Counted from the first letter of the stretch, positions 49,751 through 58,876 are shown. The stretch: 64,000 nucleotides of DNA from Bdellovibrionales bacterium (GCA_965203095.1 OZ241877.1:64001-128000); one strand, 5' to 3'. The notes: generated by a model not told the origin, from the letters alone. A program made the numbers and translations.

Positions 49751-49795
49751 CCGTCCCGAAATGAAATGGCCTTTGGGCAAAGAAACTAAAGAATA
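49751..49795. mobile_element. Half copy of hairpin-MITE family 1 (3' part of core + right arm)
   Basis: CCGTCCCGAAATGAAATGGCCTTTGGGCAAAG. Confidence 0.7.
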
Positions 49796-49805
49796 TTTGC
49801 CTTTT

Positions 49806-49879
49806 TATACTGATTTTGTTTGAAAATTCCTGCCTTTTCTACTCTGTTTTGACCGGAAATCTCAAATGTAATCAGTATA
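49806..49879. mobile_element. MITE-like repeat family 2, best-preserved copy
   Basis: Perfect 10-bp TIR TATACTGATT / AATCAGTATA. Confidence 0.8.
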
Positions 49880-49931
49880 TTTATTAAAAAAAACCTATCT
49901 TGGTGGGGTTTAGAGCACTTTAAACAAAGGC

Positions 49932-49960
49932 TTGACATTCCCGTCCAATGCCCCGATAAT
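49932..49960 (+). promoter_or_regulatory. Sigma70-like promoter TTGACA-17-GATAAT, 6 nt before the ATG
   Basis: TTGACA ttcccgtccaatgcccc GATAAT gagatt ATG. Confidence 0.7.
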
Positions 49961-49966
49961 GAGATT

Positions 49967-50220
49967 ATGTTAAGTTTTTTATCTGTTTTAAATTTTTTAG
50001 GTTTTAAGGCTGAAAATACAGCTCTATTTATTGTTTTGATTTTGTTTTACATAATTTTTAAGCATAAGTTTGAGCTTTTAAATAAGGATATAGGTCACAT
50101 AAAAGAGGCTTTAAGCAACACATAACAGACACAAACAAAAAGATTGATCGGCTGGACAATAAGTTTGATAAGAGAATTGACAAACTTGAGTCTAAAATCG
50201 AGCAGAACTTTAGAAAATAA
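49967..50220 (+). pseudogene. Frameshifted small TM + coiled-coil protein
   Basis: MLSFLSVLNFLG...IGHIKEALSN stops at 50125; another frame continues ITDTNKKIDRLDNKFDKRIDKLESKIEQNFRK* to 50220. Confidence 0.65.
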
Positions 50221-50422
50221 CTTCTTTTTCCCTCTGATCTCTGCCTTTTAATGATGTGAAAAATTTACAAAAAACTCTTTTTTTTCTCTATTTCACGGAA
50301 GCCCTATTTTTTACCCTCTTTATGGAGCTAAGTTTGACTTTTAGCTCCCCTTAAGCTTTAAATAGAGAGCCGTCAGACATAAAGTTTTTACTGATTTTTC
50401 CAAACCATGGATAGGAGATTTT

Positions 50423-50896
50423 TTGGAACGAACAGAAATTAAAAATCCAAAAGAGCTTAAACAAGTCTGTAAGAAACTAATAAAAAATATCAAAAGCCCT
50501 CATGTGGTTTTGTTGGAAGGTCCCTTAGCTGTGGGAAAAAGCCTTATGGTGAGTTATATGGCCAGTCAGATGGGCTTTCCGGAACAGGAAATTCACTCCC
50601 CCAGCTTTTCCCTAATTAATGTTTATAAAAAATCCCCACATGATATTTTATATCATGTGGATCTCTTCCGTTTGAAAACAATAGAGGAGGTAGAGAACAT
50701 TGCCTTTTGGGATATTTTTTGCGAGCCGGCCATAGTGTTTATTGAGTGGCCCCAACTTGTTCAAAAACATATCCCCCCTTTATGGAACCAACTCAAAATC
50801 CTGCTGAGCTTTGCCCCTCAAAAAGAATCTCGAATTTTAGAATGGACATTCATCCCTCCCATTCCTCTTAAATCAAAGGGCCGGAGGGCTAATTAG
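50423..50896 (+). CDS. tsaE: tRNA threonylcarbamoyladenosine biosynthesis ATPase
   Basis: LEGPLAVGKS, SPSFSLINVY, YHVDLFRL, FIEW. Confidence 0.93.
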   Translation: MERTEIKNPKELKQVCKKLIKNIKSPHVVLLEGPLAVGKSLMVSYMASQMGFPEQEIHSPSFSLINVYKKSPHDILYHVDLFRLKTIEEVENIAFWDIFCEPAIVFIEWPQLVQKHIPPLWNQLKILLSFAPQKESRILEWTFIPPIPLKSKGRRAN

Positions 50897-51157
50897 TCGC
50901 CCGTGAAAAAGTCTCAAAAGCTTTTTAGCTCCCGTGAAAACGGGAATCCAAGAATCTCAATTGTTTCCACAAAAATTTATTGAAAAACCTTATTCCTTAG
51001 CTTGTTGTCCAAAGGCCATTCCATGAGGGTCCAAGGTATTGCCGTCCCGAAATGGAATGGTCCTTTGGACAAAAAAAGTTGAAAAGGCTAAAAAATGATT
51101 CTGTCAGCGAAATAATGAACATTTACAGGAATGACAGAGGTTTTTCACGGACGACTA
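50894..51157. mobile_element. Hairpin-MITE family 1, complete copy (core on + strand, 51025-51051) containing a REP-like palindrome at ~50930-50949
   Basis: TIRs TAGTCGCCCGTGAAAAA / TTTTTCACGGACGACTA; hairpin 51005-51072. Confidence 0.8.
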
Positions 51158-51167
51158 AATAATCCAT

Positions 51168-52949
51168 CTATTCATTTTTTTTGGAAAGGAGAAGATCCAA
51201 CTCCAACAAAGCTTTCTCAGGGATAGAGGAAGGGGCTTTAGACATCAGGCAGGATCCATTTGCCGATTTAGGAAAGGCCATGACATCTCTAATGCTTTTA
51301 GCTCCTGTCAAAAGCATGATCAGTCGCTCCACACCCAGGGCAATCCCACCATGTGGAGGAGGGCCATAGTTGAGGGCATGTAAAAAAAAGCCAAACTTCT
51401 CCTCTATATCTGTTGTGCTTAAGCCCAAGGCTAAAAATATCTTTTTCTGAAGTTCAGGATTAAAAATACGAAGACTTCCCCCCGCAAGCTCTTGCCCATT
51501 GCAAACCAAGTCATAAGATCTCACACGGATTTGGGAAAGTTTTTTTAGGGAAAGATCATTTAAAAGCTCTATATCCTCCTCTTTTGGCAAACTAAAAGGG
51601 TGATGGCGAGCACTCCATTTTTTTGTTTCCAGATCCTGTTCAAAATAAGGAAAATCCGTAATCCAAACAAATTTTGTAGAGCCGTTTTGTTTTTGCTCTT
51701 TTCCTATTTGATCCCTAAGCCCCGATAAAATGGTATTGACAACAGATCCCTCCCCACAACTGATAAAACAAAAGCCATCAGCTTTCCCTCCTGCCGATTC
51801 AAAAAGACTTTTGAGCTGAGCCATTTCCACCCATTTTTTTATAGGGGTTTTAAACTCTCCCCCCTTTTTTTGTATCCAAAGTAGCCCGCCTCCCATGGAT
51901 TTTGCTGTTTTCTGCAAATCCTCCCTCTGGCGGATAGAAAATTCCATCTGAGGAGCAAAAAGCCCCTTAGCCAAACCACCATTTTTTAATCCAGACAATA
52001 AAATTTTTAAGCCGGTTTTTTGAATAACAAAGTCCGGAATAATTTTTAACTCTAAAGGGTTCCGGAGATCAGGTTTATCTGTTCCAAAACGATCCATAGC
52101 CTCTTGAAAAGACATACGGGCAAAGCTTGAAATCTCCTCTTGTTTTATCTCTCTCCAAAGGGCCTTTATAGTGTCTTCTGTCAAGTTCTGAATATCCCTT
52201 TCGTCAACAAAACTCATTTCTAAATCCAACTGGCTAAACTCTGGCTGACGGTGGGAACGCAAATCTTCATCCCGAAAACAACGGGCAATTTGAAAATACT
52301 TTTCCCAACCGGCCATCATCAAAAACTGCTTTAAAATTTGTGGGCTTTGTGGGAGAGCATAAAAAAATCCTTTTTGATTTCTGGAAGGGACAAGATAATC
52401 CCTGGCACCTTCCGGTGTGCTTTTGTAAAGGATGGGGGTTTCAATTTCAACAAAAGCCCTGCGGGAAAGCTCTTGCCGAATGATCTCAAGGGCCTTATGG
52501 CGAATTTTTAAATTGTGTTTTAAATCCTCTCGCCTTCTCATATCTAAATAGCGATATTGGAGGGCCAGGGCCTCATTCACTTTGTCCCCCTCACGAAAGG
52601 GAGGAGTTTTAGATGAGGAGAGCAGGTGAGCCTCTTCAGGAATTAACTCCATCTCTCCGGTGGATATTTTTTTGTTTTGTTTATCTTCTGGCCTTTTTTT
52701 GACCTGCCCTTTAACAGACAAAACAGAACCATAGTGAATCTGCTGGACAAACTGCCACTTTTGAGCTTGAGTGTCAAAAGTGACTTGAACCCGCCCACTC
52801 TCATCCTCCATATCAATAAACAAAAGCTGACCATGATCTCTAATCCCTTTGACCCAGGCATTCAGAATGACTGTCTGCCCCTCTAAGCGAGGGCTGATCT
52901 CTCCACAAGTATGAGTGCGTTTTTTTGTTTTATCCCAAAAAGATGGCAT
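51168..52949 (-). CDS. aspS: Aspartate--tRNA ligase
   Basis: RTHTCGE, STPEGARDYLVP, LPQSPQ, CFRDED.R..RQPEF.QLD.E, PPHGGIALGVERL. Confidence 0.98.
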   Translation of the reverse strand: MPSFWDKTKKRTHTCGEISPRLEGQTVILNAWVKGIRDHGQLLFIDMEDESGRVQVTFDTQAQKWQFVQQIHYGSVLSVKGQVKKRPEDKQNKKISTGEMELIPEEAHLLSSSKTPPFREGDKVNEALALQYRYLDMRRREDLKHNLKIRHKALEIIRQELSRRAFVEIETPILYKSTPEGARDYLVPSRNQKGFFYALPQSPQILKQFLMMAGWEKYFQIARCFRDEDLRSHRQPEFSQLDLEMSFVDERDIQNLTEDTIKALWREIKQEEISSFARMSFQEAMDRFGTDKPDLRNPLELKIIPDFVIQKTGLKILLSGLKNGGLAKGLFAPQMEFSIRQREDLQKTAKSMGGGLLWIQKKGGEFKTPIKKWVEMAQLKSLFESAGGKADGFCFISCGEGSVVNTILSGLRDQIGKEQKQNGSTKFVWITDFPYFEQDLETKKWSARHHPFSLPKEEDIELLNDLSLKKLSQIRVRSYDLVCNGQELAGGSLRIFNPELQKKIFLALGLSTTDIEEKFGFFLHALNYGPPPHGGIALGVERLIMLLTGAKSIRDVMAFPKSANGSCLMSKAPSSIPEKALLELDLLLSKKNE

Positions 52950-53060
52950 AGCCTGAAAAGTTTAACTTAAATAAAGACCCTTTATCAAGCAGAATCAAAC
53001 AACAGGGCTTTGTTCTATTTTTTTAAAGTGATACTATAAAAATCACTAAGAGTTTTTATA

Positions 53061-53540
53061 ATGAAATTACAAAAAAATTCTGGCTTTTGGCTTTCACCTA
53101 TAGGCTTTTTAAAAATTGAGCTTAAGGGCCGGAGGCTTTATTCCATATCTTTGGCAAAGGGGGGCCAGGGGAAGTTTCTAAAAAAATCATCCCCTGCTTT
53201 AAGGCAAATAATTCAACAGTTAGAAAAATATTTTGAGGGGGAGTTAAAGAGTTTTGACATCCCTTTATTTGAAAGAGGGACAGATTTTCAAAAAAAAGTA
53301 TGGCAGGCTATCAGAAAAATCCCTTGGGGGGAGACCAAAACCTACCGACAGTTGGCTCTCCAAATAAAAATTCCGGGTGGGGCCAGGGCTGTAGGCAATG
53401 CCTGTGCTAAAAACCCCTTCCTGATTGTCACCCCCTGCCACAGGGTCCTGTCTCAAAAAGCTTATGGAGGATTTGCCTTAGGTTTAAAAGTCAAAAAACA
53501 GCTCTTATTTTTAGAGCAAAATAAAGGCTGTGGGAGATAG
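53061..53540 (+). CDS. ogt: Methylated-DNA--protein-cysteine methyltransferase
   Basis: GTDFQ.KVW, IPWGET.TY, RAVGNAC..NP, PCHRV. Confidence 0.93.
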   Translation: MKLQKNSGFWLSPIGFLKIELKGRRLYSISLAKGGQGKFLKKSSPALRQIIQQLEKYFEGELKSFDIPLFERGTDFQKKVWQAIRKIPWGETKTYRQLALQIKIPGGARAVGNACAKNPFLIVTPCHRVLSQKAYGGFALGLKVKKQLLFLEQNKGCGR

Positions 53541-53654
53541 TGCCCGTTTAATCAATAAACCGAACTTTAAAACCAAAGTTTTTGCTTGAATCGCGATTTT
53601 GACACAGGACAGCAAAGCCCTACTAAAAAATCTTAAACACCAATGAATCTAAAA

Positions 53655-53791
53655 TAGTCCCCCATGAACAAAGTATCCTCTTAACTTTTTTTGTCCAAAG
53701 GCCGTTCCATAAGGGTCCAAGGTATTGCCGTCCCGAAATGGGATGGCCTTTGGACAAAAGAGGCTAAAACCAAGTTTTTCACAGGCGACTA
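53655..53791. mobile_element. Hairpin-MITE family 1 copy (core on + strand, 53711-53737)
   Basis: TAGTCCCCCATGAA ... TTTTTCACAGGCGACTA with internal hairpin. Confidence 0.8.
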
Positions 53792-53806
53792 AACTATATC
53801 AAAAAA

Positions 53807-53893
53807 TGGTGCCCCGGGAGAGACTCGAACTCCCATGAAGTTGCCCTCACTGGATTTTGAGTCCAGCGCGTCTACCAATTCCGCCACCGGGGC
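53807..53893 (-). tRNA. tRNA-Leu(CAA)
   Basis: GCCCCGGTGGCGGAATTGGTAGACGC..CTGGA-CT-CAA-AA-TCCAG, long variable arm, GTTCGAGTC, CCA. Confidence 0.95.
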
Positions 53894-53922
53894 CATATCC
53901 CCTATTTCTAAAAAAACTATAA

Positions 53923-54011
53923 TGGTGCGCCTGAAGCGACTTGAACGCTTACACCCACAAAAGGGCACTAGGCCCTCAACCTAGCCTGTCTACCTATTCC
54001 AGCACAGGCGC
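53923..54011 (-). tRNA. tRNA-Leu(GAG)
   Basis: GCGCCTGTGCTGGAATAGGTAGACAG..CTAGG-TT-GAG-GG-CCTAG, long variable arm, GTTCAAGTC, CCA. Confidence 0.93.
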
Positions 54012-54208
54012 TAACCCTGAAAAACAAACCATGAACCTCAAGCATAAAAAATCCTGATTTAAAAATTTTGTTATTTTTTCTTTGTTTTAAACCCCTTTAT
54101 GTTTTATAGGTATTCATTGCACAGGAGGCAAAAAGCTTTTGCCCTCTGCCTGAATTAACCAGCTTAAAGTGCTATTTAAATATATAATGTTTAAAAAAGA
54201 GGCTCAAC

Positions 54209-54604
54209 TTGTTTTTAAAAAATAATTTTTTGTTAAGGCTTTTTCTCTTTTTTGCACTGTTTCAAAGCCCACTCTCTATAGCCAATCCAGAAGGACAAGC
54301 TCCTCCTTTAGCCCCCTCTGGCCCCAATACCTTAGAAAAGTTTTTCCCCTTCATTATCATTGGCCTTTTATTTTATATTCTGCTCATTCTCCCTCAACAA
54401 AAAAGGCGGAAACGGCACGAGGATTTTTTATCAAAAATTAAACGAGGGGATAAGGTTTTAACTGCCAGTGGGATTTATGGGCAAATTGAGGGCCTTACTG
54501 ATCGCTTTGTCATATTGGAGGTGGACAAAAATGTCCGTATAAGAATTGTCAAATCCCAAATTGCCTCTTTGACCGATGATTCCGACAGTGCAAAGAAAAA
54601 ATGA
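54209..54604 (+). CDS. yajC: Preprotein translocase subunit YajC
   Basis: FY.L.ILPQQKR, GDKVLTASGIYG; upstream of secD. Confidence 0.93.
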   Translation: MFLKNNFLLRLFLFFALFQSPLSIANPEGQAPPLAPSGPNTLEKFFPFIIIGLLFYILLILPQQKRRKRHEDFLSKIKRGDKVLTASGIYGQIEGLTDRFVILEVDKNVRIRIVKSQIASLTDDSDSAKKK

Positions 54605-56298
54605 TTGAAAGTTTAAAAGCTCGTTTTATTATCCTTTTGGCCGGCCTTTTACTGGCCCTAATCTGCTTTGCCCCCAATATTATTTCTATTGAAAAATATC
54701 CTTGGTGGCCTTCTAAAAACAAATTGGTTTATGGCTTAGACATTCAAGGGGGCCTGCACCTGACCTTATCCGCTGATGTGGATGAAATTATTGAAGAGAG
54801 GCTGAGCCGGCAAGGTTCTGAAATTCAAAAAAAACTGAAGAAGGAAGACATCTCAGCCCCATTCACAACCGCTCAGGAGGGAGAGGCTTTTTATCTGCTT
54901 TTTCAACTCAAAAGCTCTGCGGATAGGAAAAAGGCTGAAGAGTGGATACAAAAATCCGATTTTGCCGGGAATTTACAAATTTTACCAACTAAGAAAAAGC
55001 AACTCAAACTGGCTTATTTCAGCTCTCAAGTGAAGAGGCTTAAAGAGCAAGTGATAGCACAATCTATTGAAGTTATCCGCAATCGGATTGACGAGTTTGG
55101 CGTCACAGAACCTATGATCAGTGCCCAAGGTAGTGACCGCATATTGGTCCAACTGCCAGGGATAAAAGACTCTAAAAAAGCCAAAGACCTTATCCAAAGG
55201 ACGGCCCGGCTGGAGCTATCTATTGTGAATGAGGAATTCCCACCGGAAAAGCTTTTTCCCTTAATTGAACAGGCGGAAAAAGCAGGGGGCTACTCCTTGG
55301 AAGAGGGAGGCTTAAGTTATAGGGGCTATATTAAAAAAATCAATAAGGACTTGAAAGGGCAACTTCCGGAAAACTCCTGGATTGTTTTTGAAAAAGCTCC
55401 CGGAGCCACTTCGGTTCAGGCGGGCAAAATCCCTTATCTTATCGATAGGCTCCAAAGTGTTCCAGGGGATCTGTTAGAAGACGCCTCTGTGGCTTTTGAT
55501 CCGGACTTCAATAAGCCTTTGGTCTCCTTCAAATTCCAACCAGAGGGCCGGAAGTTGTTTTCTGACTTGACCGCCCGTTCAATAGGCAAAAGGCTCGCGG
55601 TGATTTTAGACAATGTTTTAAAATCCGCCCCTGTAGTGGAATCCCGGATATCGGACGAGGGCCAAATTTCCCTTGGGGCCGGAAATTACGAAGATCTTTT
55701 AGAAGAGGCTAACCGCATTGCCACCACCTTAAGAACAGGGGCTTTACCTGCCAGCCTTCAGGAATTGGAAGAAAAAACAGTAGGCCCCAGCCTGGGAAAA
55801 GATTCCATTGACAGAGGGAAAAAAGCGGGATGGATCAGTCTGCTCTTAGTGGTTGTTTTTATGTTGCTCTACTACCGGAAGTTGGGCCTGATAGCCAATA
55901 TATCTTTAGCGGCCAACATGTTTTTTTTGCTGTCCTTAATGTCTTCCCTTTCCGCCACATTGACTTTGCCCGGTGTGGCCGGCATCATCCTCACTATCGG
56001 AATGGCAGTGGATGCCAATGTGATCATTTTTGAAAGAATTAAAGAAGAGCTGAGAAAGGGGGCCAGCTTAAAACTATCTGTTCGAGATGGCTTTGGCCAG
56101 GCCTTTTCCGCTATCTTAGACGCGAACATTACAACGGCCATTGTCTGTTTTGTTTTAATTTACTTCAGCTCCGGGCCGGTCAGAGGTTTTGCGGTCACTT
56201 TGTTTTGCGGGATACTCAGTTCGCTTTGGACAGCCGTCTTTTTGTCCCGAACTTTAATGGACTTTTTAATCCTCTATGGGGGCTGGAAAAAGCTTTGA
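54601..56298 (+). CDS. secD: Protein translocase subunit SecD
   Basis: GLDIQGG, RNRIDEFGV.EP, VGPSLG.DSI, GMAVDANVIIFERI. Confidence 0.97.
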   Translation: MIESLKARFIILLAGLLLALICFAPNIISIEKYPWWPSKNKLVYGLDIQGGLHLTLSADVDEIIEERLSRQGSEIQKKLKKEDISAPFTTAQEGEAFYLLFQLKSSADRKKAEEWIQKSDFAGNLQILPTKKKQLKLAYFSSQVKRLKEQVIAQSIEVIRNRIDEFGVTEPMISAQGSDRILVQLPGIKDSKKAKDLIQRTARLELSIVNEEFPPEKLFPLIEQAEKAGGYSLEEGGLSYRGYIKKINKDLKGQLPENSWIVFEKAPGATSVQAGKIPYLIDRLQSVPGDLLEDASVAFDPDFNKPLVSFKFQPEGRKLFSDLTARSIGKRLAVILDNVLKSAPVVESRISDEGQISLGAGNYEDLLEEANRIATTLRTGALPASLQELEEKTVGPSLGKDSIDRGKKAGWISLLLVVVFMLLYYRKLGLIANISLAANMFFLLSLMSSLSATLTLPGVAGIILTIGMAVDANVIIFERIKEELRKGASLKLSVRDGFGQAFSAILDANITTAIVCFVLIYFSSGPVRGFAVTLFCGILSSLWTAVFLSRTLMDFLILYGGWKKL

Positions 56299-56307
56299 GA
56301 GTAGAAA

Positions 56308-57240
56308 ATGAAAAAACCAATACTTAAAAAAATACAAATCAATTTCCTGGGGCCGGCTAAGTTTCTCACTCCTCTTTCCGGGGCTCTGTCTTTTGTGTCT
56401 CTTATCACTATAATCATTTTAGGCTTTTCTTATGGGATCGATTTTTCTGGAGGAAATGAAATTCAAGTCCGTTTCCAACAGGCTGTGACCGCTAAACAAA
56501 TTCGAAAAGCCTTAAGCCAAGCTGACATCAAAAAACCTATAGTCCAAAAGTTTGGGTCGGAGGAGGAGTTTCTCATTCGTTTAGAAGTGTCTGAAAATGA
56601 ACGCGAAAATAGTGAGAAACTCAAACTTTTGAGCCATAAGTTGAAAAATATTTTTAAAAATCAAGGTCTTGAGATCCGCAGGACCGATTCCGTAGGCCCA
56701 CAAATTGGAAAAGAGCTGAGGCGAAACGGGATCTTGGCCCTCATCTACAGCCTCTTAATGATATTGATTTACCTTGGACTCCGCTTTGACTCAAAATACG
56801 CCCCCTCAGCTGTGTTTTGCCTGTTTCATGATGCAATGATAACTATGAGTCTTTTTTCTGTTTTCAGATGGGAAGTGAATACCCAAACTTTGGCGGCCAT
56901 TTTAGCTATTGTGGGCTACTCCTTAAACGACACTATTGTCACTTTTGATCGGATTCGTGAAAACCATCAAATTTTAGAAGGCAAAAAATCTTTTTTTGAT
57001 ATATGCAATCAATCTTTAAATGAGGTCTTGTCCCGGACCCTTCTGACCTCTGTCACCACTTTGTTAGCTCTCTCCACTATGTATATTTTTACTTCTGGAG
57101 TCATTAAGGATTTTGCCTTCACCTTAGGCTTAGGTGTTTTGATTGGCACTTATTCCTCTGTTTATATTGCCACTCCTCTTCTTTTGTGGATGAACCAGCT
57201 CCCACTTTTTAAAAAGAAAAGCCCTGCAAAAAAAAGATAA
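56308..57240 (+). CDS. secF: Protein translocase subunit SecF
   Basis: GIDFSGG, VGPQIGKEL, GYSLNDTIVTFDRIRE, GTYSS. Confidence 0.97.
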   Translation: MKKPILKKIQINFLGPAKFLTPLSGALSFVSLITIIILGFSYGIDFSGGNEIQVRFQQAVTAKQIRKALSQADIKKPIVQKFGSEEEFLIRLEVSENERENSEKLKLLSHKLKNIFKNQGLEIRRTDSVGPQIGKELRRNGILALIYSLLMILIYLGLRFDSKYAPSAVFCLFHDAMITMSLFSVFRWEVNTQTLAAILAIVGYSLNDTIVTFDRIRENHQILEGKKSFFDICNQSLNEVLSRTLLTSVTTLLALSTMYIFTSGVIKDFAFTLGLGVLIGTYSSVYIATPLLLWMNQLPLFKKKSPAKKR

Positions 57241-57241
57241 A

Positions 57242-57370
57242 TAATCGCCCGTGAAAAACTCTGCCCTTTATCGCATAAGCAAAAGCCAGCGGTGAGGGTC
57301 CAAGGTATTGCCGTCCCGAACAAGCTGGACTTTTGCTTATGCGATCTATCAAATGTAGGCTTTTTCACAA
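57242..57370. mobile_element. Hairpin-MITE family 1 copy, second stem type (core on + strand, 57294-57320)
   Basis: TAATCGCCCGTGAAAAA ... TTTTTCAC; hairpin 57270-57345. Confidence 0.8.
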
Positions 57371-57379
57371 AGAATGAAA

Positions 57380-57970
57380 TTATGTTTTTTTTAATTTTTC
57401 GGAAAGGATTTTCCGGAACTCTGCCCATGCTGAAGGAAAGGAGTCATTTATGATTTTATAATCATATTTCCGGCCCTGGGCCATCTCCAAAGCGGAGTTG
57501 GCCAACCGTTTTTTCATCTGCTCTTTAGTATTGGAACCTCTTTTTAAAATTCTTTTCTCCAATTCATTAAGAGAGGGAGGATAAATAAAAATACTCACAC
57601 TGTGAGGGAAAATTTTTTTAATAGCCAAGCCCCCCTGAACATCCACATCTTTAATAACAACCTGCCCTTTTTGCCACAATCTCTCCACCTCTTTTTTAGA
57701 AGTGGCGTAAAGCTCCCCATGCACTTCAGCCCACTCTAAAAACTCCCCTTGATCCCGCCGGCAATAAAAATCCTTTTTAGTAGTGAAGTGATAAAATTCT
57801 CCCTCCTTTTCCCCTTTGCGAGGGAGGCGTGTGGTCCAACTGACTGTGCTGGAAAGCCAAGAAAACTCCTTTAAGCTTTTTCTTAAGAATAAAGTTTTCC
57901 CCACACCGCTGGGGCCGGACAGTATCACAAAAAGACCTTGGGAACTTATAGTTTCACCCAATGTTTTCAA
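57380..57970 (-). CDS. gmk: Guanylate kinase
   Basis: SGPSGVGK, TTR.PR.GE, FLEWAEVHG.LY. Confidence 0.95.
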   Translation of the reverse strand: MKTLGETISSQGLFVILSGPSGVGKTLFLRKSLKEFSWLSSTVSWTTRLPRKGEKEGEFYHFTTKKDFYCRRDQGEFLEWAEVHGELYATSKKEVERLWQKGQVVIKDVDVQGGLAIKKIFPHSVSIFIYPPSLNELEKRILKRGSNTKEQMKKRLANSALEMAQGRKYDYKIINDSFPSAWAEFRKILSEKLKKT

Positions 57971-58011
57971 CCTTTTGACTTTTTAATTTAAGAAAAAAAT
58001 AACTCATGATT

Positions 58012-58863
58012 TTACTCAATGTTTTGAGCTTGCTCTTTAATTTTTTCCAAAACAAACTTCCCTTCAACCACTTTAAGGGTCAGATTAGATAATTGAGATT
58101 TAGAACCCATAGTGTTCATCTCCCTTAAAATTTCCTGAATATAAAAATCCATTTTCCGGCCTATAGGTAAAGGACTGCTCATTATTTTTTTAAAATGAGC
58201 CAAGTGCTCCTTTATACGAATCAACTCTTCGTGAATGTCAAACTTTTCCAACTCCAAAGCCAGATTTTTTGAGAGGGCCTCCTCAGTTTGCCGGCTTTTT
58301 TTTCGCATATACTTGGCTATTTGCTTTTTATTTAATTGCTGAATGCCCTCACAAAGAGATTTAAGCTCCTTTAAACGGGAAAATATGTCTTTTTTTAAAG
58401 CTGAGCCTTCCCTTTTCCTCTCCTGAAGACAGAGGCGAAAGGCTTTTTGAAAGCTCTCTTTAGCCTTTTTCTTCTCCCATTCAGTTAAGGTTTGAGCTTT
58501 TTCCACAAGTTGAATAACCCCCTCTTGAGGAATCAGATCCCTGAGGGTCAAATCATTTTTAAAATTCATCTCTTTAGACATTTGATTGTAAAGGCTCTTC
58601 CATTTTTTAGCCTGAATTTGACTATAACGAGGAGAAATATCTGGCAGAGGTTTTGGGGGGAAGCGATCCATTCGGACCACAAAATAACCCCGCTGGCATT
58701 GTTGGGAAATAATTTTCTTCAACTCCGGCTCTAAAGCCATATAATGCAAAGCTGTGTAAAACTTAACCTCTAAAAACCGGGAGTTGACGGATTTGACACT
58801 GACTTCTAATTCCCAGTCTTTATTGTTTGCTGTCACAGTTCCAAAACCTGTCATACTTTGCAT
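58012..58863 (-). CDS. yicC: YicC/YloC family endoribonuclease
   Basis: SMTGFG, KSVN.RFLE, DI.EE..R, GRKMDF..QE..RE.NT.GSK, EKIKEQ.QNIE. Confidence 0.9.
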   Translation of the reverse strand: MQSMTGFGTVTANNKDWELEVSVKSVNSRFLEVKFYTALHYMALEPELKKIISQQCQRGYFVVRMDRFPPKPLPDISPRYSQIQAKKWKSLYNQMSKEMNFKNDLTLRDLIPQEGVIQLVEKAQTLTEWEKKKAKESFQKAFRLCLQERKREGSALKKDIFSRLKELKSLCEGIQQLNKKQIAKYMRKKSRQTEEALSKNLALELEKFDIHEELIRIKEHLAHFKKIMSSPLPIGRKMDFYIQEILREMNTMGSKSQLSNLTLKVVEGKFVLEKIKEQAQNIE

Positions 58864-58876
58864 ATTTTACAATTTA

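Noticed and set aside
51021..51056. Hammerhead ribozyme (UGAG...CGAAA resembles the core)
   Set aside because: The CUGA part of CUGANGA is absent and no three-way junction with a cleavage triplet is evident
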